Shown: positions 36,021-45,005 of the stretch, in pieces
Position numbering within the stretch: position 1 is the stretch's first letter
How the letters are laid out: each line of letters opens with the position of its first letter
Assembly: GCA_005791875.1 (NCBI GenBank)
Contig: SXTU01000249.1
Coordinates: 380-64,379, forward strand
Reading direction: 5' to 3'
From: Verrucomicrobiales bacterium
GTDB lineage: Bacteria; Verrucomicrobiota; Verrucomicrobiia; Limisphaerales; SXTU01
DNA length: 64,000 bases
Notes under the pieces: generated by a model
Database searches by the model: none
What the model was told of the DNA's origin: nothing
What the model saw: the letters and a program-made list of their open reading frames with translations, nothing else
Program-made: the position numbers and the translations under genes

Positions 36021-37406
36021 TCATCTCCCAGCCGCCATCGCGTTCCCCGCCAGCCAGCCCGTCGTCCACGCGGCCTGAAAGTTGAAGCCGCCCGTGATGC
36101 CGTCAATGTCCAGCAACTCGCCCGCGAAATACAAGCCGGGGCAAATGCGGCTCGCCATCGTCTTGAAATCCACCTCACCCAACCGGACGCCGCCGCACGT
36201 CACAAACTCTTCCTTGTTCATGCTCTTGCCCGTCACGGTGAACTCCGACTCCACCAGCAGCCGCGCGAGCGTGTGCAACTGCGCCTTGTTCAGCCCCGCC
36301 CACTGGGTCTGAGGCGCGATGCCCGCCGTCACCACCAGCCGCTCCCACAAGCGCGAGGGCAACCCCGCCAGCGCCACGTTCTGCACCTGCCGCGCCCCCG
36401 TCAGCCCGCGCTGCGCCTGCGCGAGCGCGATGACGCTGTCGAAGTGATAGTCCGGCAGCCAGTTCACGCGGAGTTTGAACTGGTAATTCACCGCCGCCAG
36501 CTCCCGCGCGCCCCACGCCGAGAGCCGCAAAACCCCCGGCCCGCTCAAGCCCCAGTGCGTGATGAGCACCGGTCCGGTCTCCTTCAACTTCGTCCCCACC
36601 ACGCTCACCGTCGCCTGCTCCACGGCCAGCCCCGACAAGGCTTCGAGCCGTGCATCCTTGATGTGAAACGTGAACAGCGACGGCACCGGCGGCTCCATCG
36701 CGTGCTCGAGCGACGCCGCTAACGAATCCCCCGCCTTCGTCCCGCCCGTGGCCAGCAACAGAACATCGCACTCAATCGCCGTAGGAGACGACGTGAGGAG
36801 TCTCTGACTTTCATCCTGAGATGTGTGGGACGCGCCGCCTCGTCTCCCACCAACGTCACCTGCGCCCGCCGCTGCCTTCTCCCTCGCCCCCACTGGGGGA
36901 GAGGGCCGGGGTGAGGGGGCAAATCCGCCCGTGCCAGCAGACAAATAAAGTCTGAACCCGCCTTCGCTGCGCCGCTCCACCCGCTCCACCCCGCAATTCA
37001 TCCGCACCTGCACGCCCGCCTGCCGCGCCGACTCCATCAAGCAATGGATAATCGTCTGCGACTGGTCCGTGGTCGGAAACATCCGCCCGTCCGCCTCCGT
37101 CTTCAGCGCCACGCCGCGCGCCTCGAACCACTTCACCGTGTCCTCCGCCTGAAACCGATGAAACGCCCCGATGAGCGCCGGCCCGCCGCGTGGATACCGC
37201 TTCGCCAGCTCCTTGGGCACGAAGCACGAGTGCGTCACGTTGCACCGCCCGCCACCGGAGATTTTGACCTTCTGCAAGACGTTGGCCCCGCGCTCCAGAA
37301 TCGTCACCGAGCCGCGCCCCTGCAACGCCTCTGCGCACGTGATGGCTCCGAAGAAACCGGCAGCCCCACCGCCCACGACTACCACTTCACGGCGTTCCAG
37401 ACTCAT
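36021..37406 (-). CDS. NAD(P)/FAD-dependent oxidoreductase, HI0933/BaiN family
   Basis: 461 aa. VVVVGGGAAGFFGA dinucleotide motif and ISGGGRCNVTH signature. About 50-aa in-frame insert containing REP-A (36781-36919). Confidence 0.88.
   Translation of the reverse strand: MSLERREVVVVGGGAAGFFGAITCAEALQGRGSVTILERGANVLQKVKISGGGRCNVTHSCFVPKELAKRYPRGGPALIGAFHRFQAEDTVKWFEARGVALKTEADGRMFPTTDQSQTIIHCLMESARQAGVQVRMNCGVERVERRSEGGFRLYLSAGTGGFAPSPRPSPPVGAREKAAAGAGDVGGRRGGASHTSQDESQRLLTSSPTAIECDVLLLATGGTKAGDSLAASLEHAMEPPVPSLFTFHIKDARLEALSGLAVEQATVSVVGTKLKETGPVLITHWGLSGPGVLRLSAWGARELAAVNYQFKLRVNWLPDYHFDSVIALAQAQRGLTGARQVQNVALAGLPSRLWERLVVTAGIAPQTQWAGLNKAQLHTLARLLVESEFTVTGKSMNKEEFVTCGGVRLGEVDFKTMASRICPGLYFAGELLDIDGITGGFNFQAAWTTGWLAGNAMAAGR
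36876..36919. repeat. REP family A copy (reverse orientation), in frame inside CDS 36021..37406
   Basis: cttctccctcgcccccactgggggagagggccggggtgaggggg. Translated as APSPRPSPPVGAREK. Confidence 0.85.
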
Positions 37407-38434
37407 GTCGTGCGCGAAGCCGCGTCGATCTGCCGCGTGATCTCAAACGCCACGTCCAGCGCGTGCTTGGCGGACGCGCCGCTGACCTTGGGCGTGCGGC
37501 GCTCGCGGACGCACTCGACGAAGTGCGCCAGCTCCAGCTTGAGCGGCTCGTCCTTCGCGATGGGCACCGGCTCGCGCACGATTTTCTTCCCAGCGAACTC
37601 GCTCACGATGGCCGAATCGTTCGCGGACAAGAGCAGCTTGAGCAGCGAGCTTTTCTCCGCGTCGTCCCCGGCGAGGCGAAAGATAAAACCCTTCTGCTCG
37701 CGGTAATCCAACGAGATGTAGCTGGGCTGCGCGCCGCCGCTGAACACGCGGATTTTCCGCAACCGCTCCGGGCTTATGCGGCTGGCGGTAAGGTTCGCCA
37801 CGCAGCCGTTGGCAAAGCGCAGCCGCGCGTTCGCGATGTCCTCACTCTTGCTCAAGACGGGAATCCCGACGGCATCCACGCTCACCAGCGGCGATTTCAC
37901 AAAGGCCAGCACCACGTCCAGGTCGTGAATCATCAAGTCGAGCACGACGCCGATGTCCGTGCTGCGCGCCGGGAAGGGCGAAAGGCGGTGGCACTCGATG
38001 AAGCGCGGCTCCGGCGCGGCGGTTTCGAGGTAGCTGAAGACGGGGTTGAAGCGCTCGACGTGGCCGACTTGCAGCACCAGCGCGCGGTCGTGGGCGAGCT
38101 GGACCAGCTCCGCCGCCTGGTCGGAACGCTCGGTCATCGGTTTCTCCACGAGGACGTGGCAGCCAAGCTCCAGCAGTGTCTTGGCGATGTCGAAGTGCGT
38201 GGTCGTCGGTGTGACGATACTCAAGGCGTCGCTCGCGGCGGCGGCCTCCGCGATGGAGGTGAAGGCCCGCGTGCCGTGCGCGGCGGCGTGCTTACGCGCG
38301 GCCTCGGGGTTCGCATCGAAGACGCCGGCGAACTCCACTGTAGCGGTGCGCGCCAGTTCGGCGTAGAGCCGGGCGTGTTCCTTGCCCAACGAGCCAGTGC
38401 CGATGACAGCGATGCGGATTTTCTCAGCAGCCAT
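37403..38434 (-). CDS. Gfo/Idh/MocA family oxidoreductase
   Basis: Start MAAEKIRIAVIGTGSLGKEH (cat 38432-38434). VLVEKPM motif. 4-nt overlap with the downstream gene. The rest of ORF 37403..39271 is antisense read-through of plsY. Confidence 0.88.
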   Translation of the reverse strand: MAAEKIRIAVIGTGSLGKEHARLYAELARTATVEFAGVFDANPEAARKHAAAHGTRAFTSIAEAAAASDALSIVTPTTTHFDIAKTLLELGCHVLVEKPMTERSDQAAELVQLAHDRALVLQVGHVERFNPVFSYLETAAPEPRFIECHRLSPFPARSTDIGVVLDLMIHDLDVVLAFVKSPLVSVDAVGIPVLSKSEDIANARLRFANGCVANLTASRISPERLRKIRVFSGGAQPSYISLDYREQKGFIFRLAGDDAEKSSLLKLLLSANDSAIVSEFAGKKIVREPVPIAKDEPLKLELAHFVECVRERRTPKVSGASAKHALDVAFEITRQIDAASRTT

Positions 38435-38507
38435 GCGCCGAGTCTGCCACCGCCGAGGCGCGGCTGACAACGCGGGGGTTTGGCATCCATGTCGCCCGGG
38501 CCGCACA

Positions 38508-38528
38508 TTGAACTTTGAACTTTGAACT
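38508..38528. repeat. heptamer tandem array (TTGAACT x3) upstream of plsY
   Basis: ttgaact ttgaact ttgaact, in the divergent region between the Gfo/Idh/MocA gene and plsY. Confidence 0.85.
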
Positions 38529-38554
38529 TCGCCCGCCAGAAACATACTCCGTGC

Positions 38555-39223
38555 GTGGCTGCCGCCTTCATCACGCTGGTTGTGTTGAGCTACCTCCTCG
38601 GCTCGATTCCGACCGGCTTCCTCGTCGCGAAGGCGAAGGGCGTGGACATCCGCAGCGTGGGCAGCGGGAACATCGGCGCGACGAATGTCTTCCGTATCCT
38701 CGGCAAGGGAGCGGGAATCTTCGTGCTGACGGCGGATGCGGTGAAGGGAGCGCTGGCGGTCCGCATCGCCGAAACGGTGGTGCGAGAGTTTTTTTTCCCG
38801 ACTGACAATCTCGCCAACATTGGTCGTCCCGAAGTTTTCTATCACTTCCGCGAGATCGCCGGGATCTGCGCCATCCTCGGCCACAACTACACCTGCTGGC
38901 TGAAGTTCAAGGGCGGCAAGGGCATCGCCACCACGGCGGGCGTCTTCGCGGCGCTGGCTCCGGCGGCGTTCGGCATCGCGCTGGCGGCGTGGCTCGTGGT
39001 CTTCGCGGCGAGCCGCTACGTGTCGCTCGCGTCCATCGTCGCAGCGGTGGCGCTGCCGTTGGCGGTGTGGCTCACGGGTAACGGCGGCCTGCTCATCGGC
39101 GTCTCGACGGCGCTGGGAGCGCTCGCAATCTACAAGCACAAGGCCAACATCCAGCGACTGCGGGACGGCACGGAAAACCGCATCGGCGCGAAGAAACCCG
39201 CGCCGCCGGAAACCAAGACTTAG
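38555..39223 (+). CDS. plsY: glycerol-3-phosphate acyltransferase (acyl-phosphate dependent)
   Basis: LGSIPTGF, GSGNIGATN and FKGGKGIAT motifs. GTG 38555 is preferred because the ORF extension to TTG 38522 starts inside a heptamer tandem repeat. Confidence 0.88.
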   Translation: MAAAFITLVVLSYLLGSIPTGFLVAKAKGVDIRSVGSGNIGATNVFRILGKGAGIFVLTADAVKGALAVRIAETVVREFFFPTDNLANIGRPEVFYHFREIAGICAILGHNYTCWLKFKGGKGIATTAGVFAALAPAAFGIALAAWLVVFAASRYVSLASIVAAVALPLAVWLTGNGGLLIGVSTALGALAIYKHKANIQRLRDGTENRIGAKKPAPPETKT

Positions 39224-39264
39224 CCGCGAAAGGGCACAGAGAGCACAAAGATGAAAACCCGAAA

Positions 39265-39359
39265 CATCCAACGTTTAACGCTCGAAGCTCAACTTTCAAC
39301 GGGGAGCGACGCGGCGTCTTTGGACCTTAAGCGTTGGACGTTGAGCGTTGGACGTTTCC
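39265..39359. repeat. heptamer-arm inverted repeat (unit CCAACGY / RCGTTGG)
   Basis: catccaacgtttaacgctcgaagctcaactttcaacg ... cttaagcgttggacgttgagcgttggacgtttcc, between plsY and gpsA. Confidence 0.7.
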
Positions 39360-39405
39360 GCGTCTTCTCTGTGTCCTCTGCTCCTTTTCGCGGCAAATCT
39401 CCACT

Positions 39406-40386
39406 ATGAACATTACCGTCCTCGGTGCGGGCGCGTGGGGCACGGCGCTCGCGAAGCTGCTCCGCGAGTCGGGCCATGAAGTCGCGCTCTGGGGTCACGA
39501 TCCTACCCATCTGGCCGACGTGCGCACGAGCGGCCGCAACGAGCGATACCTGCCCGGCGTGCCGCTCCCGCCGGGCCTGCACCTCGAAGCCAACCTCGCC
39601 GAGGCATTGCGCGGCACCAGTGAAGTGATCGTGGCCGTGCCGTCGCGGGCCTTCCGCGAAGTGGCGGGCGCGCTGGCGGACTTTCGTGGCCTGGCGGTGA
39701 GCGTGACCAAGGGCATCGAGCACGACAGCGGCTTGACCATGTGCGGTGTGCTCCAGGCATGCGCGCCCCGGGCGCGGATCGTGGCCCTCTCCGGCCCGAC
39801 GCTCGCGCTGGAAGTGGCGAGGGGAATTCCGACCGCCATCGTCGCCGCGAGCGCGGATGCCGGCGCTGCCGCCCTCGTGCAGAGCCTCTTTCACCGGCCT
39901 GCCTTCCGCGTTTACACGAACGCGGACCCGCTCGGTGTGGAGTTGGGCGGCGCGCTGAAGAACGTCATCGCCATCGCCGCCGGCATGGGCGACGGCCTGG
40001 GCTTCGGCGACAACGCGAAGGCGGCGCTCGTCACGCGCGCGCTGGCGGAGATGCGTCGGCTGGGCGTGGCGTGCGGCGCGCAGGCGGAGACGTTCACTGG
40101 TTTAAGCGGCCTCGGGGATTTGACTGTGACGTGCTTCTCGAAGTTGAGCCGCAACCGCTCTTTCGGCGAACGGCTCGGGCGCGGTGAAAAGCCCGCCGAC
40201 TTGCTCGCCGGCACGCAACACGTCGTCGAGGGTCATCCGACGGCGCGCTCGGCTTGGCAACTCGCACGCAAGCACGGCGTCACGACGCCCATCATCGAGC
40301 AAGTTCACGCCGTGCTCTACGAGGGGAAGGACGTGAAGGCGGCGGTGCGGGATCTGACGGGCCGGGATTCGAAGGCGGAGGACTGA
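39406..40386 (+). CDS. gpsA: NAD(P)H-dependent glycerol-3-phosphate dehydrogenase
   Basis: Start MNITVLGAGAWGTALA (ATG 39406). GALKNVIAIAAG motif. Confidence 0.92.
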   Translation: MNITVLGAGAWGTALAKLLRESGHEVALWGHDPTHLADVRTSGRNERYLPGVPLPPGLHLEANLAEALRGTSEVIVAVPSRAFREVAGALADFRGLAVSVTKGIEHDSGLTMCGVLQACAPRARIVALSGPTLALEVARGIPTAIVAASADAGAAALVQSLFHRPAFRVYTNADPLGVELGGALKNVIAIAAGMGDGLGFGDNAKAALVTRALAEMRRLGVACGAQAETFTGLSGLGDLTVTCFSKLSRNRSFGERLGRGEKPADLLAGTQHVVEGHPTARSAWQLARKHGVTTPIIEQVHAVLYEGKDVKAAVRDLTGRDSKAED

Positions 40387-40395
40387 GCGGGAAAA

Positions 40396-40482
40396 GTAAT
40401 CAGTGTTCAGTTTTCAGTATTCAGTCAGCGAGGGTGTGCGCGTGCCCCACTGATTACTGAACACTGGTCGCTGAATACTTCC
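40396..40482. repeat. heptamer-arm inverted repeat (unit CAGTRTT / AAYACTG) between convergent gpsA and thrH
   Basis: gtaatcagtgttcagttttcagtattcagtcagcg ... cactgattactgaacactggtcgctgaatacttcc. Fills the whole convergent gap. Confidence 0.75.
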
Positions 40483-41085
40483 TCAAAGCTCCGCCTTCAG
40501 CCGAGCCATTAAGTCCGCGTGCGTCTCCATCGCCGGGAGCTGCGGGAACTCGTGCTTCACATTCTCGGGCGCGTGGAGCAGATAGCCCTTGTCCGCTTGC
40601 AGAAGCATGGACGTGTCGTTGTAGGAATCGCCGGCGGAGAGGACGCGGTAGTTGAGCGCTTGGAGCGCGCGGACGGACTCGCGCTTCTGGTCGGGCATGC
40701 GCAGTGCGTAGCCGGTGATGCGGTCGTTCGCCACGAGGAGCCGATGGCAGAAGAGCGCGGGCCAGCCGAGCTGCCGCATGAGCGGCTGGGCGAATTGCTC
40801 GAAGGTGTCGCTCAAGATGATCACCTGCGTGAGCGCGCGCAGTTCGTCGAGAAACTCCTTGCCGCCGGGCAGCGGGCGCAGCGTGCCGATGACGGCCTGG
40901 ATGTCGGAGAGCTTGATGCCGTGCTGGTCGAGGATGCCGATGCGATAGCGCATCAGCTTGTCGTAGTCAGGCTCGTCGCGCGTGGTGCGGCGGAGATCCG
41001 GGATGCCGGTCTTCTCGGCGACGGCGATCCAGATCTCCGGCACCAGCACACCTTCCAAGTCCAGGGTGACAATCGTCTGTTTCAC
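40483..41085 (-). CDS. thrH: bifunctional phosphoserine phosphatase / homoserine phosphotransferase ThrH
   Basis: 200 aa from GTG (cac 41083-41085). LDLEGVLVPEIWIA, ILSDTFEQFAQPLMRQLG, AGDSYNDTSML and HAPENV closely follow Pseudomonas ThrH as I recall it. The ORF extension to 41196 crosses a REP-C hairpin. Confidence 0.85.
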   Translation of the reverse strand: MKQTIVTLDLEGVLVPEIWIAVAEKTGIPDLRRTTRDEPDYDKLMRYRIGILDQHGIKLSDIQAVIGTLRPLPGGKEFLDELRALTQVIILSDTFEQFAQPLMRQLGWPALFCHRLLVANDRITGYALRMPDQKRESVRALQALNYRVLSAGDSYNDTSMLLQADKGYLLHAPENVKHEFPQLPAMETHADLMARLKAEL

Positions 41086-41154
41086 GGCGCGGGAGGGTGG
41101 CGGGGTGGCGGCGTGAAGTCGAGCGCGGGGTGCTGGATTGTCCTGCCCATGAAC

Positions 41155-41186
41155 CTGTGCCGGCGGTTTGCAACCGCCGTCCGTGG
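41155..41186. repeat. REP family C copy
   Basis: ctgtgccggcggtttgcaaccgccgtccgtgg, just upstream of the thrH GTG start. Confidence 0.8.
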
Positions 41187-41291
41187 AGTGCAACACTTCG
41201 AGGCGGCTCCGAGTGACTTCGGGCGTGACTTCGATGGACTGGCCGCCAATGGGCAGCTAGGTTCCGTCCGACTCAACCTGAACTGACTTCC

Positions 41292-42059
41292 ATGAAACCG
41301 CACCGCCGCGCTTCGCCGGGCTTCACCCTCATCGAACTGCTCGTCGTCATCGCCATCATCGCGATCCTAGCAGGCATGCTTCTTCCCGCGCTGGGCAAGG
41401 CCAAGCAAAAAGCACACGGCTCCAAATGCCTCAGCAACAACCGGCAGATCTCCGTCGCCAACCGGTTGTATCTGGATGACAGCGACGGTGTGTTCCTCAA
41501 CCTCCATCGCCCGCGGATCGCCGCTGATCCGGCTGTAGCTCAATGCATCGTGCCGGCACCGACCGACCTTTGGTGGGTAGATGCTTTGGTGAAAATCCAT
41601 CGCGTGTTACCCGACTCCAAGATATTCGACTGTCCCTCGCTTAAGGAGGGCTCGACGACTGTCCCCAGTTCGACAACGCCCGGGGCCAGCAGCCAGCCGC
41701 TGGGCATTGGCTTAAGTTTCCGGGGCCCCAATGGCATCGCTTACACCGGCACCACGAAGGCCCGGGACATCGAGATCGCCAAACCAGCGGCCACTGTCGT
41801 CTTTGCGGACTCCGGCCGGGTCACCGTTCCGGCGGAACCCGACCCGGACAAATGGAAGGAGCAGTTGCTCAGTTCGGCGGTTTACTTTCGCGTGCCCGGG
41901 GACAACACATACGACACTCTGGCTGTCCGCGTGGTGGCCCGGCACCTTGCGCGCACGATCAGCGGGTTCGTGGACGGACACGCCGAGAGCATGAAGCCCA
42001 GTGGCATCGGTCTGCAATGGCCGCTTGGCGATGCGAGTGCCCTTTGGGACCGCCAGTAG
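41292..42059 (+). CDS. prepilin-type N-terminal cleavage/methylation domain protein (H-X9-DG / DUF1559-like)
   Basis: 255 aa. [25 protein letters not shown], and C-terminal [12 protein letters not shown] (H-X9-DG). Confidence 0.88.
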   Translation: MKPHRRASPGFTLIELLVVIAIIAILAGMLLPALGKAKQKAHGSKCLSNNRQISVANRLYLDDSDGVFLNLHRPRIAADPAVAQCIVPAPTDLWWVDALVKIHRVLPDSKIFDCPSLKEGSTTVPSSTTPGASSQPLGIGLSFRGPNGIAYTGTTKARDIEIAKPAATVVFADSGRVTVPAEPDPDKWKEQLLSSAVYFRVPGDNTYDTLAVRVVARHLARTISGFVDGHAESMKPSGIGLQWPLGDASALWDRQ

Positions 42060-42111
42060 CCTCTCACCGCACGCTTGGCACGTCGCGGAACCTTTGCCAC
42101 TCTCCGCACCC

Positions 42112-43203
42112 ATGAACACTTCGTCCCTGTCCCGCCGCGCGTTTGTTTCCACTGCCGCCGCTGCCGCTACGCTGGCCGCCTTGCCCGCCAGCGCCGCGCC
42201 TGCCAAGAAGCGCAACCACAAGCTCGGCTTCGACAACTTCGCCGTGCGCGCCATGAAGTGGAACGCCCGCCAGCTCATTGACTACTCCGAGAAGCTCGGC
42301 TGCGACTCGCTTTTCATCACCGATTTCGGCCCGCTCGAAGGCAAGCATGACGACGCCTCCCTCACCGAAGTCCGCAAATACGCCGCCGACAAAGGCATCA
42401 CCATTGAGCTGGGTTCGTGGAGCATCTGCCCGACCTCGAAGTCGTTCAAAAAGGACTGGGGCACCGCCGAGGAACACCTCGCGCTCGGCCTCCGCATGAG
42501 CAAGGCGATTGGCTCGAAGGCCTTCCGCGTCACCCTCGGCAACCAGCAGGACCGCAGCACCGAGGGCGGCATCGAGGCACGCATCATGGACACGGTGAAG
42601 GTGCTCAAGTCCCAGCGCAGCCGCGCCGTGGACGCGGGCGTGAAGGTCGCCGTCGAAAACCACGCGGGCGACATGCAGGCGTGGGAACTGCAACAGCTCG
42701 TCGAAGCCGCCGGCAAAGACTACGTGGGCGTGAACTTCGACTCCGGCAACGCCACGTGGACCCTCGAAGACCCGCTCGCCAGCCTCGAAACCCTCGCGCC
42801 CTACGTCCTCACCACCAGCCTGCGCGACGATATGCTCTGGGAGTCCGCCAACGGCGTCACCGTGCAGTGGACCGCGATGGGCGAGGGCTGCCTGGACCTG
42901 CCCGCGTTTTTCGACCACTTCGAGAAGCACTGCCCCGGCGTGGCCGTTCACATCGAGACCATCTCCGGCTTCGCGCGCGAGTTTCCGATCTACAAGCAGG
43001 ACATTTGGAAAACGTTCCCGAAGGCCAAGGCCAGCGACCTCGCGCGCTTTCTCGCGCTGGCGAAGCGCGGGAAGAAGATCGAGCCGTTCAAGGCCCCCGC
43101 CGGCGCGGACCGCGCCAAGGCCGACCAAGATTACCAGCTCGGTGAAGTCGCCCGCAGCATCAAGTATTGCAAGGAAGTGCTCGGCCTCGGGCTGAGGGCG
43201 TGA
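42112..43203 (+). CDS. Tat-exported sugar phosphate isomerase/epimerase (TIM barrel)
   Basis: Start MNTSSLSRRAFVSTAAAAATLAALPASA (ATG 42112). VAVENHAGD and IETISG blocks. Confidence 0.8.
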   Translation: MNTSSLSRRAFVSTAAAAATLAALPASAAPAKKRNHKLGFDNFAVRAMKWNARQLIDYSEKLGCDSLFITDFGPLEGKHDDASLTEVRKYAADKGITIELGSWSICPTSKSFKKDWGTAEEHLALGLRMSKAIGSKAFRVTLGNQQDRSTEGGIEARIMDTVKVLKSQRSRAVDAGVKVAVENHAGDMQAWELQQLVEAAGKDYVGVNFDSGNATWTLEDPLASLETLAPYVLTTSLRDDMLWESANGVTVQWTAMGEGCLDLPAFFDHFEKHCPGVAVHIETISGFAREFPIYKQDIWKTFPKAKASDLARFLALAKRGKKIEPFKAPAGADRAKADQDYQLGEVARSIKYCKEVLGLGLRA

Positions 43204-43317
43204 GTGATGGCGTAAAGTTTGACTCTACACCGTGCAACACTGATGAACGATAAGCCGGCCGTTCAATCACGATGCTAGGCGTTGCTCCTAAATCGCCACT
43301 AGAAGTGAACCGCCAAT

Positions 43318-43950
43318 ATGCGTAAGCGAAACAAATCCCTCGGCGACAAGGCGCTTAAATCTCGCGCCGCCAAGGCACTTTCGATCCCGCGCCTGACAAA
43401 CGATTACTTTGTCTTCGCTCGAGGCGAGCAACTGGGTCCCATGACGATTCGTCAGCTTGCGGACGCGTATTGGGATGGCCGGATCAACGAAGATGACCAA
43501 TATTGGACATCAGGGCTGAAAGAATGGCAGTCCATTTTGGGCCTTTTTCACTTTTGTCCTCGTGTGGTGTTCCCACCCGGCCACGAACCGGACCGGAGCA
43601 ACGCAACGTCCCGTAGCAAATCCATCGCGTCGGATTCAGAGAGGCCACTTGGCCACGAGTCGGACCGGAGCAACGCAACCAGTTCACTGAGCGGTTTTCT
43701 TTCCCGTCCTTTTTCACGCAAAGCACCCAAAGTAATTCCGCCGAAGTCTGCGGTAGTTGTGCGTCCCGAAGCCCGCTTCTCCCATTGCTCCTTTTGCAAT
43801 GGCCCGTTTATTCCTCGCTTCTTCGCTTGCGGGGGTTGCGACAGCGGCTTCTGCCAAGTGTGCATGGCGGAGATGGCTAAGGAATTGAACATCTTTAAGA
43901 TCAGTGAAGGATGTCCCATTTGCGGAGGAAGGATGAGGGTCGGAAAATGA
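43318..43950 (+). CDS. GYF_2 (DUF4339)-like domain protein with internal 11-aa repeat and C-terminal C4C4 RING-like zinc finger
   Basis: 210 aa in a visibly lower-GC segment. GYF_2-like YFVFARGEQLGPMTIRQLADAYWDGRINEDDQYWTSGLKEWQSI. GHE(P/S)DRSNATS occurs twice. Cys pattern CSFC-x10-CGGC-x4-CQVC-x16-CPIC. Confidence 0.6.
   Translation: MRKRNKSLGDKALKSRAAKALSIPRLTNDYFVFARGEQLGPMTIRQLADAYWDGRINEDDQYWTSGLKEWQSILGLFHFCPRVVFPPGHEPDRSNATSRSKSIASDSERPLGHESDRSNATSSLSGFLSRPFSRKAPKVIPPKSAVVVRPEARFSHCSFCNGPFIPRFFACGGCDSGFCQVCMAEMAKELNIFKISEGCPICGGRMRVGK
43579..43679 (+). repeat. intragenic direct repeat (29 nt, 72-nt period)
   Basis: ggccacgaaccggaccggagcaacgcaac (43579-43607) and ggccacgagtcggaccggagcaacgcaac (43651-43679). 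Both encode GHE(P/S)DRSNAT. Confidence 0.85.
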
Positions 43951-43992
43951 CTGCAATGGTTAACCACGCCTAACCACTCACCACTCCTCCCC

Positions 43993-44895
43993 ATGCCTCT
44001 CCACCTCACCCCTCGTCGTGAATTCCTCCGCCGCGCTGTCCTCGTCGGCGCGGGCCTGCTCGCCTCGCGTGAACTCTTCGCCGCCGAGGCGGGCGCGTCC
44101 TCCCGCTGGGCGCTGCTCTCCGACACGCACATCGGGTCCAAGCCTGAAACGCTCGCCCGCGAGATCAACATGGCCGACCACCTCCGCGCCGTTGTGAAGG
44201 AAATCACCGCGCTCAAGGCCGCGCCCACCGCCGTGTTCATCAACGGCGATTGCGCGCTGAAGGCCGGCTTTGCCGAGGAATACGCCACCTTCACCCCGCT
44301 GCTCAAACCGCTCACTGAGGCGGGCCTGCCCATCCACATGACCCTCGGCAACCACGACGACCGCGCCAACTTCTGGCAGGCCCTCAACGTCGCCAGCGAC
44401 GCTGCGCGCCCCGTGCAGACCAAGCACATCTCCGTCATCAAGTCCCCCCACGCGAACTGGTTCCTCCTCGACTCGCTCGACGTGGTGGACAAGCCCCCCG
44501 GCAAGCTCGACACCGCCCAGCGCGACTGGCTCGCCAAGGCCCTCGACGAAAGCAAGTCCAAGCCCGCGCTCGTGATGGTCCACCATAACCCGCACCTCGA
44601 CCCCACTAAGCCGAACACCGCGCTCCTCGACACGAACGAACTCTTCGAGTTGCTGCTCCCGCGCAAACAGGTGAAGGCGTTCTTCTACGGCCACTCGCAC
44701 AAATGGGAGCTGAAAGAAAAAGACGGCCTGCACCTCGTGAACCTCCCCGCCGTCTCCTACGCCTTCGCGAAGGATCAGCCAACGGGCTGGGTGGATTGCC
44801 ACCTCAAGTCCGGCAGCGCCACGCTCGAACTCCGCGCCCACAACGAGCAGCACGCAGCGCACGGGAAGAAGACGGAACTGAAGTGGCGGGCGTGA
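43993..44895 (+). CDS. Tat-exported metallophosphoesterase
   Basis: 300 aa. Tat leader TPRREFLRRAVLVGAG. SDTH, GDCA, GNHD, HHNPH and GHSH calcineurin-like motifs. Confidence 0.85.
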   Translation: MPLHLTPRREFLRRAVLVGAGLLASRELFAAEAGASSRWALLSDTHIGSKPETLAREINMADHLRAVVKEITALKAAPTAVFINGDCALKAGFAEEYATFTPLLKPLTEAGLPIHMTLGNHDDRANFWQALNVASDAARPVQTKHISVIKSPHANWFLLDSLDVVDKPPGKLDTAQRDWLAKALDESKSKPALVMVHHNPHLDPTKPNTALLDTNELFELLLPRKQVKAFFYGHSHKWELKEKDGLHLVNLPAVSYAFAKDQPTGWVDCHLKSGSATLELRAHNEQHAAHGKKTELKWRA

Positions 44896-44966
44896 AGCCG
44901 TGCTGGCGGCTTGTAGCCGCTGTGTTGCGCGGAAAGCAGTTCAAACGCGCTCTGACTTGCTGAACG

Positions 44967-45000
44967 CCACCGACGGCGGCTGCAAGCCGCCAGCACACGT
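44967..45000. repeat. REP family C copy
   Basis: ccaccgacggcggctgcaagccgccagcacacgt, between convergent genes. The stop of 45006..45422 follows 6 nt later. Confidence 0.8.
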
Positions 45001-45005
45001 GCTCC

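Noticed and set aside
38770-38860. Slightly AT-richer insert in plsY encoding ETVVREFFFPTDNLANIGRPEVFYHFREI.
   Set aside because: The compositional shift is modest and the loop length of PlsY varies between taxa. There is not enough to call it an insertion without an alignment.
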